In this document: piece after piece, positions 60,028 to 64,000 of the stretch
How the letters are laid out: each line of letters starts with the position of its first letter
Numbering within the stretch: the first letter of the stretch is position 1
Source: Takakia lepidozioides
Taxonomy: Eukaryota > Plantae > Bryophyta
Length of the DNA: 64,000 bases
Direction: 5' to 3'
Assembly (NCBI GenBank): GCA_030704615.1
Contig: CM060732.1
Coordinates: 61,008,001 to 61,072,000, forward strand
Translations under genes and position numbers: made by a program
Notes under the pieces: generated by a model
Seen by the model: only the letters and a program-made list of their open reading frames with translations
What the model was told of the DNA's origin: nothing
The model's database searches: none

Positions 60028-62967
60028 TCCCCACCCCGAAATGGGAGGTACAACAACAACACTCGGAAACTCAAAAAGTTTGTCGGGAAGGTGGGTTTTT
60101 TGCCTCCCAAAACCTTATTAGAATTGGCCTTATATTTTGAGAATTTTCGAAAGAAAACTGGAGGTTTTTCCCTACAAAACAATGATTGGGTTTTTTTTTG
60201 TTTGCCTCCTCTAAATCAATATATCTCAATCTCTAAGGTGGAGTTTTATGAGGTGCTAGAGGGCCAAGTTACCTCACTTTTCATACGGTCAATTTGGATG
60301 GATATTACTTCTCAAGTAGATATGGCGTAGGTGGAGGTTCCAACTTTTCCCTGTTTTGCACAAGAAAAAGCTTAAGAAAATGAGCCTGGGTTAAATTCTA
60401 AATGGTGGCACATCAGGACTGCCATAGCCCTAAGAGCCCTACGCATTAGCCTGTCTGTATGGTTTTGTCTGCCTTAGCTCTGTCCGTTGGCCTCATGGCT
60501 CAAAAAAAGGGTTGATTTCCCCCCTTGGGCAAAGGTCTTTAGACGTTGGAAAAAATGAGAAAATATATCAGAAAATTAAAATCATAAAAATACGTAAAGA
60601 TGTTATTTATAATTTGAAACACATTTTGAGATAAAAACTTAACTCTGATTGGATTAGGTACATAATTATTAATCATGGTTGACAACTTTAAAAAACCCAA
60701 TATTTTCAGTTATCAATGCAAGGTAGTTTTTCTAGAAGTCTTGTTCTTCCCTCTCATCACCATACAATTAAAACCATCAAAGTCGTGAAAACCTTTTAGT
60801 AAACTTCATATTTTGGGTTATAGATTTTGTGAGCGTCAATTTTGATTTTTCCATTTGTATAGGTAGAAATCCAAGAAGGTAACATGTATAAGATTAACAT
60901 TGGTTGTGGCTGATAGAAAAATAACAATATCGTGGGAGCTAAGTTATGTGCTTAGGTAATATGCAGTATGAAAAATCTTAATGTATAGGTTGCGTATTTA
61001 GTTTGATATCTTGTTGTCCATGGGAAAAAATCTAGTCATGAATGTATTATAAAGATGTAACATTTCCCTCTAATCTCTTTTTAATATATCATTTTGTATT
61101 GTGGATTAACTAAAACCCTTCAACTATCCCATTAAATCTGGCTCCTTTCATTTGGTTTAGTTGTCATTATTGTTGATGTTCTTTCACATTTCAACCATAT
61201 TGCAAAACATTATATAAGCTCACATTGTATCATATTTTTACTACTTGTAGTCAATACTTTGTATATGTATATAATACATATGAAATAATATAATAAATAT
61301 AGGAACGGAGGAGAATTAGGGATTTGATGTGGAATAAACTGTTGAAGCCCAAATAGCATGATAAAAGAGAAGCATAGCTAGAATTGCTTGAGAAAGAGAG
61401 AGTCGAGATATAGAGATAACAGATGCTCCAAAGGGATTTAAATAAATAATAACATATATAAAATAGATGGAGTGATTTGAGAATGACAAATTTTATCAAC
61501 ATTGCAACTACATAAGATCATTCTAATGTAGTGAATGGATTGGAAATCCGTTCTGATTGTCATTTACACAATGCTATAACACATCTATCATATTCAAAAG
61601 TAGATATAAACATAAAATTATAATGAGTGATTCTGTATACAAAAAGGGAATGTTTGATCCAACCAATGTAGACTGGGAGCAATCATTCAAGATTATTAAT
61701 CCTAAACCTAATAGACAACGGGAGACAATGGACATTGCACCGATGTCCACGTCGGATTCAACCTCATTTGTCAATAATGAAGGCTTATACCACGATTCAA
61801 CCTATGTATGTTTCTGATCTTTAGCACTAAGGTTTTGAAAATCATCTCTAAATTAACTTCATGAATTGCAAATCAAGAAATATGAATGTGGCCTTCAAAT
61901 TTCCGTGAAGTTCATAGCTTACTTTGAAATGTTTTGCAATCCATCCGTCCCCGTATAATTAAATATAAAATTCTAATCTCACTTCTTGGATGGGACAAAC
62001 TATAATAGTGTGATGTATGTATCAGACCATAGATAGTAATTATTAATTAAGATGTGTAATATATATGCTTAAAATGTATTTTAAGTTCAATCTTAGTTGG
62101 GACCTTTTATCTAATATAACTTCCACCGTAAAATGTAAAGTCACAATTATAAAACCAATGTTTTCAATCTTTGCTTACTTAACTTACATCATGGGACACA
62201 CAATTTTTGGGATGTTTTCTAGCCTGGACGAAGAGGAACCAGAGCTTTTTTTTCTCCAGGGGGATCAAACCAAGGAATAGTGAGTTATTTTTTTCATCTT
62301 ATCAAAAAGAAGGTCAATGCTAATTTTGATAAGTTTGAGGACACTATATCAAAGAAATATTGAGGTTGTAATATAACCTGTCATTTTGCTATTAACATGA
62401 TGGTAATCCCTAATCAAGAATTTGAACTATTTTTCACATAGATTTATTTTAGGACTTTGCTTTAAAATCCACAAGTTTTTGAACTTCATTTCACATAGGC
62501 AGCAACGGAGCATTATTTCAAGAACGTGCGGCCTCTTGAGGGTTCTCTGACCACATTGCAAGCGCCCAAGTCAATCAATACTAAGTTTGCAAATTCTATA
62601 AGATCCAAAGGGATGAAGTTCCGCTAATAATGAGATCAATCTTTATATCAGAGTTCTATCAAAGTTTAAAACCAAGATTAAAGTAACCAAGATTATATAA
62701 TATATTTGTTTGCGATGAGATTGATTTAATTTGTGATTATTTCTCATATATGTATATGATTGTAGCGATTAATCATTCAAAAGTGAGTAACTGATTTTTT
62801 ATTATAATTATTAAGCAGTATATGTAGAATGAAATTGTTAGTTGGTTGTTACATTTAAGAAACGGATTCAGAGTATTTATATTCATTATGATAATTCATA
62901 TCTAAAACTAATATATATATATATATATGGACTTTGTGGGACTCGCTCTCCAAAATTTCATGATTAA

Positions 62968-63892
62968 CCCCTAAACGACGAGCTGACCCGAAACGGGTCG
63001 GCCCAATTTTTCATCCATCCGTAGCATGCACGGATGAAGTCCGATGAACGAGGGCAGAATTTTGGGTGGAGGGGGGGGGTGGCATAGCAGTTGACCATCG
63101 ACGTGGCAGGTGGCAGCGGCCACGCGGGTGGGATTTTGTGGCGGGGGGCAATGCAGGGGTTGGAGTGGGGGGCTTGTGAGGCCCTCCCCAAAACGCAGAC
63201 GAACACGGGGACGGCTCGAATGAGCTGGCCCTGGCAAATAATGGGAAACCTCGACGTAGCCCGGAAAAAGTCGCCAGATTCAGGCGAAATTCCGGCCACC
63301 GATTGCCTGACCTGGAGGAGGCCGAAAATTTCACAAAATCCCACATCCCAAATGCAATTTAGGGAATTTTGGGAAAATTCTTGGGCAGGCTTGTGTAGTT
63401 CTTGGCCTATGAGGGACTGACTGTTGGAATTCCCAAATGAAGGAGAATTTGGGGTCCCAATGGGGCCTATACCATTTCCTTTGCATTCTCTTTTTGGACC
63501 CCCATTCCAATCACATACAAAGCACCCCCCCCTTTCATTTTGGCAGATTGGGGTGAAATTTGGTGTGAGGGTTTGGGATTGTGCACTTCACAGGAATATA
63601 GCACTTTTTCTCCCAGGAAAATTTGGGATCATGGATAATTTGCTTGGTCAAACATGAACTTTTGCTTTGTTTTTTCTATTTTCAAAAAACTGCACCGTCT
63701 TCAAATGTTATAATCTCCCAAACTACACGGTGGAATCTCCCTAAATTTGGGGGGCTTGTGCATCTTGTAGGTAGAAAGTAGTTTGTACGGTTCATCCACG
63801 TGGATGAACGTTGGTGGGCAGGTATCCGCTGATGTGTGAGGGTGGGTCCTGGAATTGTCCAAAAACCCAAAAACACCTCTCATCCTTTAGGG
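62968..63892. mobile_element. Non-autonomous piggyBac-like element
   Basis: TTAA|CCCCTAAACGACGAG ... CTCATCCTTTAGGG|TTAA, with TTAA at 62964-62967 and 63893-63896. Confidence 0.7.
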
Positions 63893-64000
63893 TTAAGCAT
63901 TGATAATATAGTTCATGGTCAAACCATACCAAACCCAGGATCGAACACCCATCACTAGCATGCACGCTTTCTCAATAAGATAAGGTCCTTGCAGACGAGA

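Noticed and set aside
61557-62620. Small spliced gene
   Set aside because: Possible exon at 61623-61804 with a gtatgt donor, but no recognisable homology or complete model.

Overview
Eukaryotic nuclear DNA from a non-seed land plant, most likely a bryophyte. This is inferred from GT-AG introns, PLS-class PPR remnants and a moss-type GH19 chitinase. Three genes look intact: a hevein+GH19 chitinase (8433-9835, +), an intronless F-box/kelch-like gene (14569-15717, +) and a 6-exon CYP86-clan, CYP704-like P450 (28759-32879, -). The rest is a dense patchwork of pseudogenes (PTH2, DEK, terpene synthase, PPR, OSB/PDF-motif, RPS3a) and transposons. The transposons are two tRNA-derived SINE families, CACTA, hAT, Copia, gypsy-type solo LTRs, Helitron-like elements, a piggyBac-like TTAA element and Dualen/RandI-like LINEs. 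The main result is two unrelated mobile elements that each carry an amino-methyltransferase-like domain. One is a spliced beta-class (N6-A/N4-C) DNA methyltransferase-like gene placed back-to-back with a SWIM-finger gene, with an intronic array of covarying 24-bp hairpins (48163-52932). The other is a PCIF1/CAPAM-like methyltransferase domain inside the LINE polyprotein upstream of RNase H (44150-44620, partial second copy 28200-28450). All homology calls come from motif recognition by eye and need HMM or structure confirmation.
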